24,000 bases of DNA from the NCBI GenBank assembly GCA_046758445.1, contig JBHIAE010000002.1, positions 48,994 to 72,993 of the forward strand, written 5' to 3'. The stretch comes from Candidatus Thorarchaeota archaeon (GTDB lineage: Archaea > Asgardarchaeota > Thorarchaeia > Thorarchaeales > Thorarchaeaceae). Below the pieces are notes generated by a model. It did no database searches, was not told the origin of the DNA, and saw nothing but the letters and a program-made list of their open reading frames with translations. How positions within the stretch are numbered: the stretch's first letter is position 1; each line of letters begins with the position of its first letter. Shown one piece after another: positions 1-8,394 of the stretch. The position numbers and the translations under genes were made by a program.

Positions 1-2
1 AC

Positions 3-1358
3 TTTGCCCTGATCAATGTGGGAGGACTGACAGCTGATGACGCTGATGCAGTCAACGAGCTCTCGTATCTCATCCTTGAAGTAATGAATGAGATGCGGCT
101 GATCCAACCGAGTGTCTGTGTTCAACTTACTACCAAGAACCCCGACCAGTTTCTGAGAGAAACAGTCGAAGTCATCAAGGAGGGGTTTGGCCAACCCTCA
201 GTCTTCAACACTGACATAATCATCGAGGAGTTCATTCGACAGGGGAAGTCGGTAGAGGACGCCAGAGTCGGAGGGCCAAGCGGCTGTGTCACAATCAGTG
301 CATTTGGAAAAGAAAGCTGCACGCTCACTGGCTATTGTAACTGGCCGAAGATTCTTGAGATAACTCTCAACAATGGTGTGGATCCTAGGACCGGGAAGCA
401 AGTCGGTCTAGAAACAGGAAGTCCCACCACCTTCAAAACGTTTGATGAACTCATGGAGGCGTTCAAGGCTCAGCTGAAGTACTTCGTGGACATCAAGATA
501 GAAGGAAACAGCATCATTGAGAGGCTCTACGCTGAGCATATGCCAACACCCGTCATGTCGCTGGTCTTCGATGACTGTATCAAGAAAGGAAGGGACTACC
601 ACGATGGTGGGCCAAGATACAATTCGACATACATTCAGGGAGTTGGAATGGGCACCACTACGGACTCACTATCAGCCATGAGATACCATGTCTTCGACAA
701 GAAGAATCTCTCCATGGAAGAACTTCTTGATGCACTTAGAAATGACTTCAAGGAAGGCGAGCCGATCCGTCAGATGCTTGTGAACAAGACCCCAAACTAC
801 GGTAATGACGACGACTACGCCGACAACATTGCTCAGGCCGTCTTTGATGCCTACTTCGACGTTCTGGATGGTCGCCCGAACACTAAGGGCGGTGAATACC
901 GAGTAAACCTCTTGCCCACAACTGTTCACATATACTTCGGGCAAGTCACAGGGGCAACACCTAATGGGAGAAGGGCCGGCAAACCTTTGTCTGACGGAGT
1001 TTCTCCATCCCACGGAGCTGACACAAACGGGCCTACTGCAGTAATCAATTCAGTTGCGAAGATTGACCATGTGCGGACAGGTGGGACCCTTCTGAACCAG
1101 AAGCTAATGCCCGAGATACTTGCCGACCGGGCAGGTCGCAAGAAGCTTGGACACCTGATTCAGGCCTACTTTGCACTTGGGGGGCATCATATTCAGTTTA
1201 ATGTGATTGACAGGCAGACGCTCCTTGAAGCACAGCAGAAGCCTGAAGAATATCGAGACCTGATTGTGAGAGTGGCCGGGTACAGTGACTACTTTGTGAA
1301 CATTGGAAAGGCTTTGCAGGATGAAATCATAGCTCGGACTGAGCAACGATACTTCTGA
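3..1358 (+). CDS. Glycyl radical enzyme (pyruvate formate-lyase-like family), 5'-truncated by the window edge
   Basis: Frame is open upstream of the annotated GTG at 18 (reads FALIN-VGGLTADDADAVNELS). C-terminal glycyl radical motif RVAGYSDYF (Gly codon 1278-1280) and active-site Cys region GGPSGCVTISAFGKE. Substrate class not assignable. Confidence 0.93.
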   Translation, partial: FALINVGGLTADDADAVNELSYLILEVMNEMRLIQPSVCVQLTTKNPDQFLRETVEVIKEGFGQPSVFNTDIIIEEFIRQGKSVEDARVGGPSGCVTISAFGKESCTLTGYCNWPKILEITLNNGVDPRTGKQVGLETGSPTTFKTFDELMEAFKAQLKYFVDIKIEGNSIIERLYAEHMPTPVMSLVFDDCIKKGRDYHDGGPRYNSTYIQGVGMGTTTDSLSAMRYHVFDKKNLSMEELLDALRNDFKEGEPIRQMLVNKTPNYGNDDDYADNIAQAVFDAYFDVLDGRPNTKGGEYRVNLLPTTVHIYFGQVTGATPNGRRAGKPLSDGVSPSHGADTNGPTAVINSVAKIDHVRTGGTLLNQKLMPEILADRAGRKKLGHLIQAYFALGGHHIQFNVIDRQTLLEAQQKPEEYRDLIVRVAGYSDYFVNIGKALQDEIIARTEQRYF

Positions 1359-1563
1359 GAAGCCAACTCTCGCCCTTTCTGACATGCAGGACAACCCCTC
1401 CACTCAGGCTGATAGGGCTCCTCACAACAGTGTTTTGGTCAGTGGGCAAGTTTTAAAAACGGAGTCTTGCTTGGCGCACGCTGTAGTAAGAATAGCTCAG
1501 TCTTCAAGCTAGTGAAACTCGAACGCCAGATTGACTGGGCTGCAAAACTACAGGTGATCTCAA

Positions 1564-2571
1564 ATGGCCCATAGAAAGAAGCATGCGCCAAGAAGAGGCA
1601 GTCTTGCCTACCTGCCACGGGGCAGGGCGTCGAAGTTTTTGCCCAGGATCAAGAATTGGCCTTCCTGGGAAGGTGAGGATGCAAGACTACTCGGATTTGT
1701 AGGGTACAAGGCAGGCATGACCCATGCAGTGATGAGCATACAGAACCCAAACAGTCCGTTCAAAGGTCAGGAAACAGTCATCCCTGTCACAGTTATCGAT
1801 ACGCCGCCAATCAGACCCTTTGCCATCCGCGGCTACGCCAAAACACCCTACGGTTTCAAGCTTGTGTCTGAAGTATTGGCGGGCAACTTGTCAGACGACC
1901 TGCGAAGGGTGAAACCTCCGCCGAAGAAGTACAAGTACAAGGCCAAGATGAAGGAGTTTGAGTCAAAGCTTGACACATTCGCTGAGATTCGCATGCTGAT
2001 TCACACCCAGCCGAGAACCGCAGGGGTGTCCAAGAAGAAGCCAGAGATCACTGAATACAAGGTCGGCGCTCGTAGCGTTCAGGAAGCATTTGAGTACGCC
2101 AAGAGTGTGCTCGGCACTGACGTGCGTGTAGCTGACATCCTTCGAGAGGGGACCCTAGTAGACTCCATAGCAGTGACAAAGGGACATGGATTCCAGGGTC
2201 CTGTACGCCGATGGGGAGTCAGAATACTCCAGCATAAGTCACGCAAGACGAAGCGAGGTGTCGGATGTATCGGTCCTTGGTCTCCGACAAACATTCGATA
2301 CAGCGTTCCTCGACCTGGTCAGACGGGTTATCATACACGTACCAGTTTCAACAACGAAGTCCTGAAGATGGGTGAGAGAGGGGAAGAGATTACTCCGTCC
2401 GGTGGCTTCGTCAATTATGGGATGATACGAGGCGACTACGTTATGCTCTGGGGGTCAATTCCGGGTCCAGTCAAGAGACCTGTAAGACTCAGATTTGCGA
2501 TTCGGCCCAAGAGATCTCATCTCGGACAGGTCACCCAGGTGAGCTACATCAGCACTACATCAAAACAGTAG
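1564..2571 (+). CDS. rpl3: 50S ribosomal protein L3 (uL3)
   Basis: MAHRKKHAPRRGSLAYLPRGRASK..., GFVGYKAGMTH, KGHGFQGPVRRWG; SD-like GGTGATCT just upstream. Confidence 0.97.
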   Translation: MAHRKKHAPRRGSLAYLPRGRASKFLPRIKNWPSWEGEDARLLGFVGYKAGMTHAVMSIQNPNSPFKGQETVIPVTVIDTPPIRPFAIRGYAKTPYGFKLVSEVLAGNLSDDLRRVKPPPKKYKYKAKMKEFESKLDTFAEIRMLIHTQPRTAGVSKKKPEITEYKVGARSVQEAFEYAKSVLGTDVRVADILREGTLVDSIAVTKGHGFQGPVRRWGVRILQHKSRKTKRGVGCIGPWSPTNIRYSVPRPGQTGYHTRTSFNNEVLKMGERGEEITPSGGFVNYGMIRGDYVMLWGSIPGPVKRPVRLRFAIRPKRSHLGQVTQVSYISTTSKQ

Positions 2572-2585
2572 TGGGAGGATGATTA

Positions 2586-3377
2586 GTGATGAAAAGCGTA
2601 AAGACGTACTCCTTGAAAGGGAAAGCAGGTCCCAAGATAAAGCTCCCAAGACAGTTTGATGCCCCGTACCGTCCGGATGTAATCAAACGGGCTGTATTAG
2701 CGGTTCAGTCCAGAGGACGCCAACCACATGGTGTTGACGAGCTAGCCGGAAAGCGCACCACTGCTGAGAGCTGGCAGACAGGTCACGGGCGGTCGAGGAT
2801 GCCTCGGGTCAAAGGTGCTGGCACCAGCGCGGCCAGTAAGGCAGCATTCGCTCCCGGAACCGTAGGTGGAAGGGTAGCACATCCCCCTGAGGCAAGGAAA
2901 GTCATAATCGAACGAATCAACAAGAAGGAGAATCGATTAGCTATCCGTTCTGCCATCGCCGCATCTGCGAACAAGAAACTCGTGGGTGCCAGAGGACACA
3001 GGATCGAGTCAGTTCCAGAAGTGCCCTTGATTGTCAGCGAGAAGCTCGAGTCTTTGACAACGACAAAGGAGATGCGAGAGGTGGTCACTTCGCTTGGCCT
3101 TGAGGACGACCTAGAGAGAGCCATCAGGGGCCGTGTAGTGAGAGCGGGCAAGGGCAAGATGCGTGGACGCAAGATGAAGACCCCAAAGTCCTTTCTGATC
3201 GTGGTGGGTAAGGACTTGGGAATAGGCATGGCGGCACGGAATCTGCCTGGTGTTGACGTTTCTGAAGTGCACGGTTTGAATGCTCACATGTTGGCACCCG
3301 GAACACATCCGGGGCGACTTGTGCTGTGGACGACTTCTGCCATTGAGCGTCTTGAGAAAGAGGCCCTATTCATGTGA
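2586..3377 (+). CDS. rpl4: 50S ribosomal protein L4 (uL4)
   Basis: Archaeal/eukaryotic L4 features: R.....GHGRSRMPRVKG, RG.....GKGKMRGRK.K.PKS; follows rpl3. The first one or two codons are uncertain. Confidence 0.95.
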   Translation: MMKSVKTYSLKGKAGPKIKLPRQFDAPYRPDVIKRAVLAVQSRGRQPHGVDELAGKRTTAESWQTGHGRSRMPRVKGAGTSAASKAAFAPGTVGGRVAHPPEARKVIIERINKKENRLAIRSAIAASANKKLVGARGHRIESVPEVPLIVSEKLESLTTTKEMREVVTSLGLEDDLERAIRGRVVRAGKGKMRGRKMKTPKSFLIVVGKDLGIGMAARNLPGVDVSEVHGLNAHMLAPGTHPGRLVLWTTSAIERLEKEALFM

Positions 3378-3382
3378 GGTGA

Positions 3383-3649
3383 GTGAGAATGGATCCAAAT
3401 GAAGTAATCATCCGTCCTGTGGTCACTGAAGCAAGCCTAGAGGCTGTTGACAGCCACAACAAACTCACCTTCTTCGTTGACCGAAGAGCCAACAAGAACA
3501 CCATACGCTGGGCAGTAGAAAGCCTCTACGAAGTTGTCGTAGAGAAAGTCAACACGATGATAATGCCCGATGGGAAGAAGAAGGCATTCGTGCGTTTGGC
3601 ACCGGAGTATAGTGCCGCGGAGGTTGCGACAAACCTCGGGATATTCTAA
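3383..3649 (+). CDS. rpl23: 50S ribosomal protein L23 (uL23)
   Basis: Small protein VIIRPVVTEASLEAVDSHNKLTFFVDRRANKNTIRWAVESLYEVVVEKVNTM in the conserved L4-L23-L2 position. Confidence 0.95.
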   Translation: MRMDPNEVIIRPVVTEASLEAVDSHNKLTFFVDRRANKNTIRWAVESLYEVVVEKVNTMIMPDGKKKAFVRLAPEYSAAEVATNLGIF

Positions 3650-3661
3650 GGAGGCTATTGA

Positions 3662-4381
3662 ATGGGTAAACGTGTTCTAGTACAACGCAAGGGCCGAGGC
3701 ACAACTCAGTGGAGGAGTCCCAGTCATAGGAAGATCGCACGCGCCAGACATCCCAAGTGGGCTCCAGACAAGACCTATGTTGGCAGAGTGACCAATCTCT
3801 ACCACGAGGCCGGAAGGGGAGCTCCCCTTGCTGAGCTGAGGTATGAGGGCGAGTCAAAGCTTCACTACATGATAGCATCCGAAGGTATCCAGGTTGGTCA
3901 GATTGTCGAATGCGGAGAGGATGCTGCACTGCAGAATGGCAACACCATGATGCTGCAACATATTCCTGAAGGCACACCAGTCTACAACATTGAGGGCAGT
4001 CCCGGAGATGGTGGAAAGTATGTTCGATCATCTGGTCTGACAGCAACCATTGTTTCCATTGATTCGAGCAAGGCAATGGTGAGGTTGCCAAGCGGTCAGC
4101 AAAAGGCCTTCAGCCCGAGATGTAGGGCAACCATTGGCATTGTCGCTGGCGGTGGTAGGACTGAGAGGCCGTTCTTGAAGGCAGGCGCTGTCTGGCATCA
4201 CACTCGTGTCAAGGCAAGAAAATGGCCTGTGACCCGCGGAGCTGCTATGAATGCTGCTAGCCATCCACACGGTGGAGGTTCCCATCAGTCACCAGGCAGA
4301 CCTAGTACAGTGAGCAGACATGCTCCCCCGGGTCGCAAGGTGGGCAACATCGCAGCTCGGAGAACTGGTCGCAAGAAGTAG
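3662..4381 (+). CDS. rpl2: 50S ribosomal protein L2 (uL2)
   Basis: MGKRVLVQRKGRG..., terminal GGGSHQSPGRPSTVSRHAPPGRKVGNIAARRTGRKK; strong SD TAAGGAGG upstream. Confidence 0.97.
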   Translation: MGKRVLVQRKGRGTTQWRSPSHRKIARARHPKWAPDKTYVGRVTNLYHEAGRGAPLAELRYEGESKLHYMIASEGIQVGQIVECGEDAALQNGNTMMLQHIPEGTPVYNIEGSPGDGGKYVRSSGLTATIVSIDSSKAMVRLPSGQQKAFSPRCRATIGIVAGGGRTERPFLKAGAVWHHTRVKARKWPVTRGAAMNAASHPHGGGSHQSPGRPSTVSRHAPPGRKVGNIAARRTGRKK

Positions 4382-4388
4382 AGCTGAA

Positions 4389-4403
4389 GGAGCTTTTTGC
4401 TCC
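4389..4403 (+). terminator. Small hairpin just downstream of rpl2, possible terminator or processing site
   Basis: GGAGC-TTTTT-GCTCC inverted repeat starting 8 nt after the rpl2 stop codon. Confidence 0.3.
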
Positions 4404-4511
4404 ATACTTTCCTCAACCTTTGCCTGTTGACCTTAGGAAATGCGTTTCTAGGACAGGGGTATTACACAAGTACATATCCCTCTGGTATGACCTCTGTCAA
4501 GAGGACTAGTA

Positions 4512-4697
4512 ATGCGTCTCATTGCTGTGCATCTTCCTGAGAGAATCATCGACGATATACAGCGCCTAGTGAATCGAGGCCTCTATCCAAACCGCTCAGA
4601 AGCAATCAGAATAGCGATTCGCGATCTATTGAAGCGCGAGCTTTGGGAGCGGACCCTTCAGGGTACTGCTACAGGTGGGGAGGTAGCAGAGCGTTGA
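4512..4697 (+). CDS. Ribbon-helix-helix (CopG/MetJ-like) small regulator upstream of ftsZ, CdrS-like
   Basis: MRLIAVHLPERIIDDIQRLVNRGLYPNRSEAIRIAIRDLLKREL is a typical RHH fold; adjacent to ftsZ as in haloarchaeal cdrS-ftsZ2. Confidence 0.85.
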   Translation: MRLIAVHLPERIIDDIQRLVNRGLYPNRSEAIRIAIRDLLKRELWERTLQGTATGGEVAER

Positions 4698-5959
4698 GGT
4701 CTCTGATCGACTCAGCAAGAGAGCACAGCCGCTCAGAGAGAAGTGGAATAGCTACACGAGATATGGGCCAGGCCAGAATTGTCGTTGTCGGTTGTGGTGG
4801 GGCCGGCAACAATACGGTCAAGCGATTGATGACAATTGGAATTCAGGGTGCCGAGTGCATCGCCGTGAACACAGACAGACAGCATCTCGCTGTTACTATA
4901 GCTCACAGGAAACTCCTCATTGGTGAGAGAATCACCAGGGGTCTAGGTGCAGGAGGATATCCCCACGTGGGCCAGGCGGCGGCTGAAGAGTCAGCACATC
5001 AGTTGACAGAGCTCTTGCGAGATGCTGACTTGGTCTTCATCGCTGCCGGCATGGGTGGAGGCACAGGAACAGGTGCAGCACCAGTAATAGCCGAGATAGC
5101 AAAGAGGAATGATGCAATAGTAGTAGGCGTTGTCACTATGCCCTTCAGCCTTGAGAGGACGCGGGTCGACAAAGCAACTGCAGGGCTGGCACGACTTCAG
5201 GAGAATGTTGACACTGCGGTGGTGATTGACAACCAGAAGCTAATGGAGCTGGTGCCAGACCTACCGCTCGAAGAGGCGTTTGGAGTCGCCGACGAAGTTC
5301 TCGCCAATATGGTGAAGGGAATCACTGAAACAATCACGATGCCCAGTCTGATAAATCTCGATTATGCAGATGTTCGAACCATCATATGCAATGGAGGTGT
5401 TGCTCTTGTGGGGCTGGGTGAGGCCACCGGTTCTGAGAGGGCAAACGAAGCGATTAGAAATGCTCTCAACAGCCCCCTTCTAGAAGTGGAATGGCGTGGG
5501 TCTACTGGAGCTCTGATACACATCACGGGAGGTCCTGATATGTCTCTTGCTGAGGCAAACAGGGTGGGTGAGATTGTGTCAGAGAAGATGAGTCCTGATG
5601 CGAACGTCATCTGGGGAGCTCGCGTAGATCCAAGACTGAGTGGAGTGCTTCGCGTCATGTTGATTCTCACTGGAGTAAAGAGCCCTCAGCTTCTCCCCCG
5701 GTCTAAGGAAGAGCCTACCATGAAATCCGTGAGGAGGGCCAGGTTGTCTGAACTCGGCATTCTAGCTGCTCACGTGAGCACATCCGCATCCAGTTCTGTT
5801 TCTCCAAAAGCTAAGAGGTTTGGTAAGTTCCACGCACCGTCCAATGAGGGAACTTGGGAAGACCGGCTGAAACCGTTGGAGAGAAAGCTACTGGAACGCA
5901 AACCTCCTGAGACGAGGCAAAAGAACCTAGACGAGCTAGGTCTGAAAAGGATTCTCTGA
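4694..5959 (+). CDS. ftsZ: Cell division protein FtsZ
   Basis: RIVVVGCGGAGNNTVKRL, GGGTGTGAAPVIAEIAK, NLDYADVRTI. Start proposed as TTG 4694 (MRSLIDSAREHSRSE...); alternative ATG 4763. The tracked ORF start at 4643 is probably too long. Confidence 0.93.
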   Translation: MRSLIDSAREHSRSERSGIATRDMGQARIVVVGCGGAGNNTVKRLMTIGIQGAECIAVNTDRQHLAVTIAHRKLLIGERITRGLGAGGYPHVGQAAAEESAHQLTELLRDADLVFIAAGMGGGTGTGAAPVIAEIAKRNDAIVVGVVTMPFSLERTRVDKATAGLARLQENVDTAVVIDNQKLMELVPDLPLEEAFGVADEVLANMVKGITETITMPSLINLDYADVRTIICNGGVALVGLGEATGSERANEAIRNALNSPLLEVEWRGSTGALIHITGGPDMSLAEANRVGEIVSEKMSPDANVIWGARVDPRLSGVLRVMLILTGVKSPQLLPRSKEEPTMKSVRRARLSELGILAAHVSTSASSSVSPKAKRFGKFHAPSNEGTWEDRLKPLERKLLERKPPETRQKNLDELGLKRIL

Positions 5960-6060
5960 ATCAGTCCATCAGATTTTAGAGTCGCAGCGTGAACCTAATC
6001 TGACCTATTCTGGACTGCTCGAGTTTCCAGCCTGTATTGCACCCATCTCATTACTTGGCA

Positions 6061-6489
6061 CTAGTCTAGTCCATGATCTTCGAACCATTTGTCTGCTATG
6101 ATTTTGACTCTCTCGTAGAGTGGTCCAGTTCCTTCAACGCCTTCAGGCGAGATGCGTATCTTGTTGAGAACGAGGACCATTCCCGTTTCAGGGAAGTATT
6201 GTACACCCCCTGGCGGGAACGCCTTCTCAAGCTCTTTGACCAAGCCTTCAAGGCTAATCTCTCTCTCAGCAACAGAGAAGGACACAATTGAGCTTCCGTA
6301 GATGAACATCCGTGGAATTGGCCCCTTTTTGGTCTCCACATCTGAGAGTACAATGCTGAGGCTGTTCTGATCGATTCCCTTCAAGGTGCCGACGTATGTT
6401 TCGCCTGCGCTAGTCTTCACTTCGACAGTTGCCCCCACAACTGAGGCAAGCTCGCGATTGAAGGCACGCATTGCTGCGACTTCTGACAT
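6061..6489 (-). CDS. Sm-like (Lsm) archaeal protein with C-terminal extension (SmAP3-like)
   Basis: N-terminal Sm-like domain (VGATVEVKTSAGETYVGTLKGIDQNSLSIVLSDVETKKG...MFIYGSSIVSF) followed by about 65 extra residues. Confidence 0.75.
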   Translation of the reverse strand: MSEVAAMRAFNRELASVVGATVEVKTSAGETYVGTLKGIDQNSLSIVLSDVETKKGPIPRMFIYGSSIVSFSVAEREISLEGLVKELEKAFPPGGVQYFPETGMVLVLNKIRISPEGVEGTGPLYERVKIIADKWFEDHGLD

Positions 6490-6542
6490 TCTAATATCAC
6501 CTTACAGTGTAATCTATGCAAATGACGCGTATTTTCGTGTCG

Positions 6543-6550
6543 TTTTAAAA
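6543..6550. promoter_or_regulatory. Candidate TATA element in the divergent region between the Lsm gene and the oxidoreductase genes
   Basis: Self-complementary TTTTAAAA located between divergent genes starting at 6489 (-) and 6636 (+). Confidence 0.35.
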
Positions 6551-6635
6551 CTGGTGCTCCAACAAAAGGCTCGGGGCTTGCCGCCTGAGAATCACATATT
6601 AGCCGTGAGAGGGCGGTGTCCGTATCAACAATGAG

Positions 6636-7475
6636 GTGTCTGAATTGGCAACGTCCAAAGTCCATTTCTCTCGCAAATTCCTTCGAGAGGAGGCCCTGCC
6701 TAGCCCGTTCTGTCCAGGCTGCGGCAGTGGTATAATCGCGAACTCATTTCTCAAGGCGGTCAGTGATCTAGGTCATGAGGACCTCAACGGTTTCGCATTC
6801 GTTTCTGGGATTGGGTGTGGAGCATGGATTGTTTCGCCCCATTTTCGTGCGGACACGCTGCATACCGCGCATGGGCGTGCGATTGCGGCGGCCACAGGGC
6901 TGAAGATTGCTCAACCCGAGCTAGAGGTCGTGGTAATCAGTGGTGATGGAGACCTAGCCGCGATTGGGGGAAACCACCTAATTCACGCGGCCCGGCGAAA
7001 CATGGACTTGACTGTGATTTGCTCTAACAATTGGATCTATGGCATGACAGGAGGCCAGGCCGGACCTACCACGTTCGTCGGAGACCGTACATCTACTACT
7101 CCATATGGTAACCCTGAACGTCCCTTCGACCTTGCGCGCTTGGTAGCTGTTGCTGGAGCAAACTACGTGGCCAGATGGTCAACTGCTCACCCTGTTCAGG
7201 CCGCGCGAGCGATTAAGACTGCACTGAAACGCAAAGGATTCTCCTTCATAGAGATGCTGTCTCAATGCCCGGTGGCATATGGTCGGAGGACAGAAGCCGG
7301 AACTGCTGTGAACATGCTTGCATGGTTCAAGAAGCTCCCAATTCGCAAGAAGGACGACCCCTTGGACTGCAAGACTCCCACGCACGAAGAGATGGACCTG
7401 GGCGTCTTTGCTGACAGAAAAGAACGGACGTTCTTGGAATCGTTGAAAGAGGTGTTCAGCAATCTCGAGGACTGA
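6636..7475 (+). CDS. korB: 2-oxoacid:ferredoxin oxidoreductase, beta subunit (TPP-binding; KorB/PorB-like)
   Basis: FCPGCGSGIIAN, GIGCGAW, HGRAIAAATGLKIAQPELEVVVISGDGDLAAIGGNHLIHAARRN. Confidence 0.9.
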   Translation: MSELATSKVHFSRKFLREEALPSPFCPGCGSGIIANSFLKAVSDLGHEDLNGFAFVSGIGCGAWIVSPHFRADTLHTAHGRAIAAATGLKIAQPELEVVVISGDGDLAAIGGNHLIHAARRNMDLTVICSNNWIYGMTGGQAGPTTFVGDRTSTTPYGNPERPFDLARLVAVAGANYVARWSTAHPVQAARAIKTALKRKGFSFIEMLSQCPVAYGRRTEAGTAVNMLAWFKKLPIRKKDDPLDCKTPTHEEMDLGVFADRKERTFLESLKEVFSNLED

Positions 7476-7481
7476 ACAGCC

Positions 7482-8009
7482 ATGAGGAAAGAGATTCGAA
7501 TAGCAGGCACAGGCGGAATGGGCGTCGTCCTTGCAGGAGTCATACTAGGGCATGCGGCCGTAGTACATGCAGGACTCGAGGCAGTTCAGACGCAGAGCTA
7601 CGGTGCGGAGGCAAGAGGTACAGCAGCTAAGAGTGAGATCATAATCAGTGATGAACCCATTCGATATCCCAAAGTTCGGGAAGCTGACTATAGCGTCTTT
7701 ATGTCTCAGAAGGCCTTTGACATGTATCTCAAAGAGGCCAAGAAGGGCAGTGTGGTGTTAGTTGACAAGGACCTTTGTGATTATGGGGATTCAGAAGACG
7801 AATACGAAGTTGTCTGTGTACCGGCCATGAAGACAGCCGATTCTATGGGAATGCGGCTTGCGTCGAATATGGTCATGCTTGGCGTCTTGGTGAAGAAGTC
7901 CGGGTTATTCCCCGTTGAGAACCTAGAGCTTGCCTTGAAGGACTTGATACGGTCCAAGGCTCTCAAGACCGACCTTGATGCCATAAGAGCCGGAGCAGCC
8001 CTCGTCTAG
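7482..8009 (+). CDS. korC: 2-oxoacid:ferredoxin oxidoreductase, gamma subunit (KorC/PorC-like)
   Basis: RIAGTGGMGVVLAGVILGHAAV...QSYGAEARGTAAKSEIIISDEPI; 6 nt after korB. Confidence 0.9.
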   Translation: MRKEIRIAGTGGMGVVLAGVILGHAAVVHAGLEAVQTQSYGAEARGTAAKSEIIISDEPIRYPKVREADYSVFMSQKAFDMYLKEAKKGSVVLVDKDLCDYGDSEDEYEVVCVPAMKTADSMGMRLASNMVMLGVLVKKSGLFPVENLELALKDLIRSKALKTDLDAIRAGAALV

Positions 8010-8284
8010 CCGCCATGTACGAGTGGAAGAATGACCACTTCATCTCCTTCCTTCAACTTGGTTTCGAGCCCACCCGTAAGACCAATATCAATCTCATTGC
8101 AGAGTATAAGCGCTTCCCGGTCCATTGTTTCGGGGTCTGTCCAAACACTCCTGATGCCCTTCTCCTTGTCGATGAGTGTTTGGAGGAAACTTTGGAGATC
8201 CGTTCCTTCATCGACATCTACATGGTATTGCTGACTCCCCATCTGATGTGAAACTGGGCCACGAAACCTGACTTTGACTCTCAT
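8006..8284 (-). CDS. MoaD/ThiS family ubiquitin-like sulfur-carrier or protein modifier
   Basis: Beta-grasp-like small protein with GDEVVILPLVHGG C-terminus (terminal di-glycine). Confidence 0.8.
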   Translation of the reverse strand: MRVKVRFRGPVSHQMGSQQYHVDVDEGTDLQSFLQTLIDKEKGIRSVWTDPETMDREALILCNEIDIGLTGGLETKLKEGDEVVILPLVHGG

Positions 8285-8394
8285 GACGAACGGAGCTGTA
8301 CCGATTCAGTTCTCAGATAAAGGAACCGGACCGCATGAATACCTTAGCTTCCCGAAGAGCAGTGGAACTCTCAGTCCATGCTAGTGTTTTGAGA

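Noticed and set aside
3549-4091. Long minus-strand ORF (180 aa) antisense to rpl23/rpl2
   Set aside because: Lies opposite two clearly identified ribosomal protein genes. The translated sequence is low-complexity and Ser/Cys/Arg rich with no family signal, so it is a codon-bias artefact.
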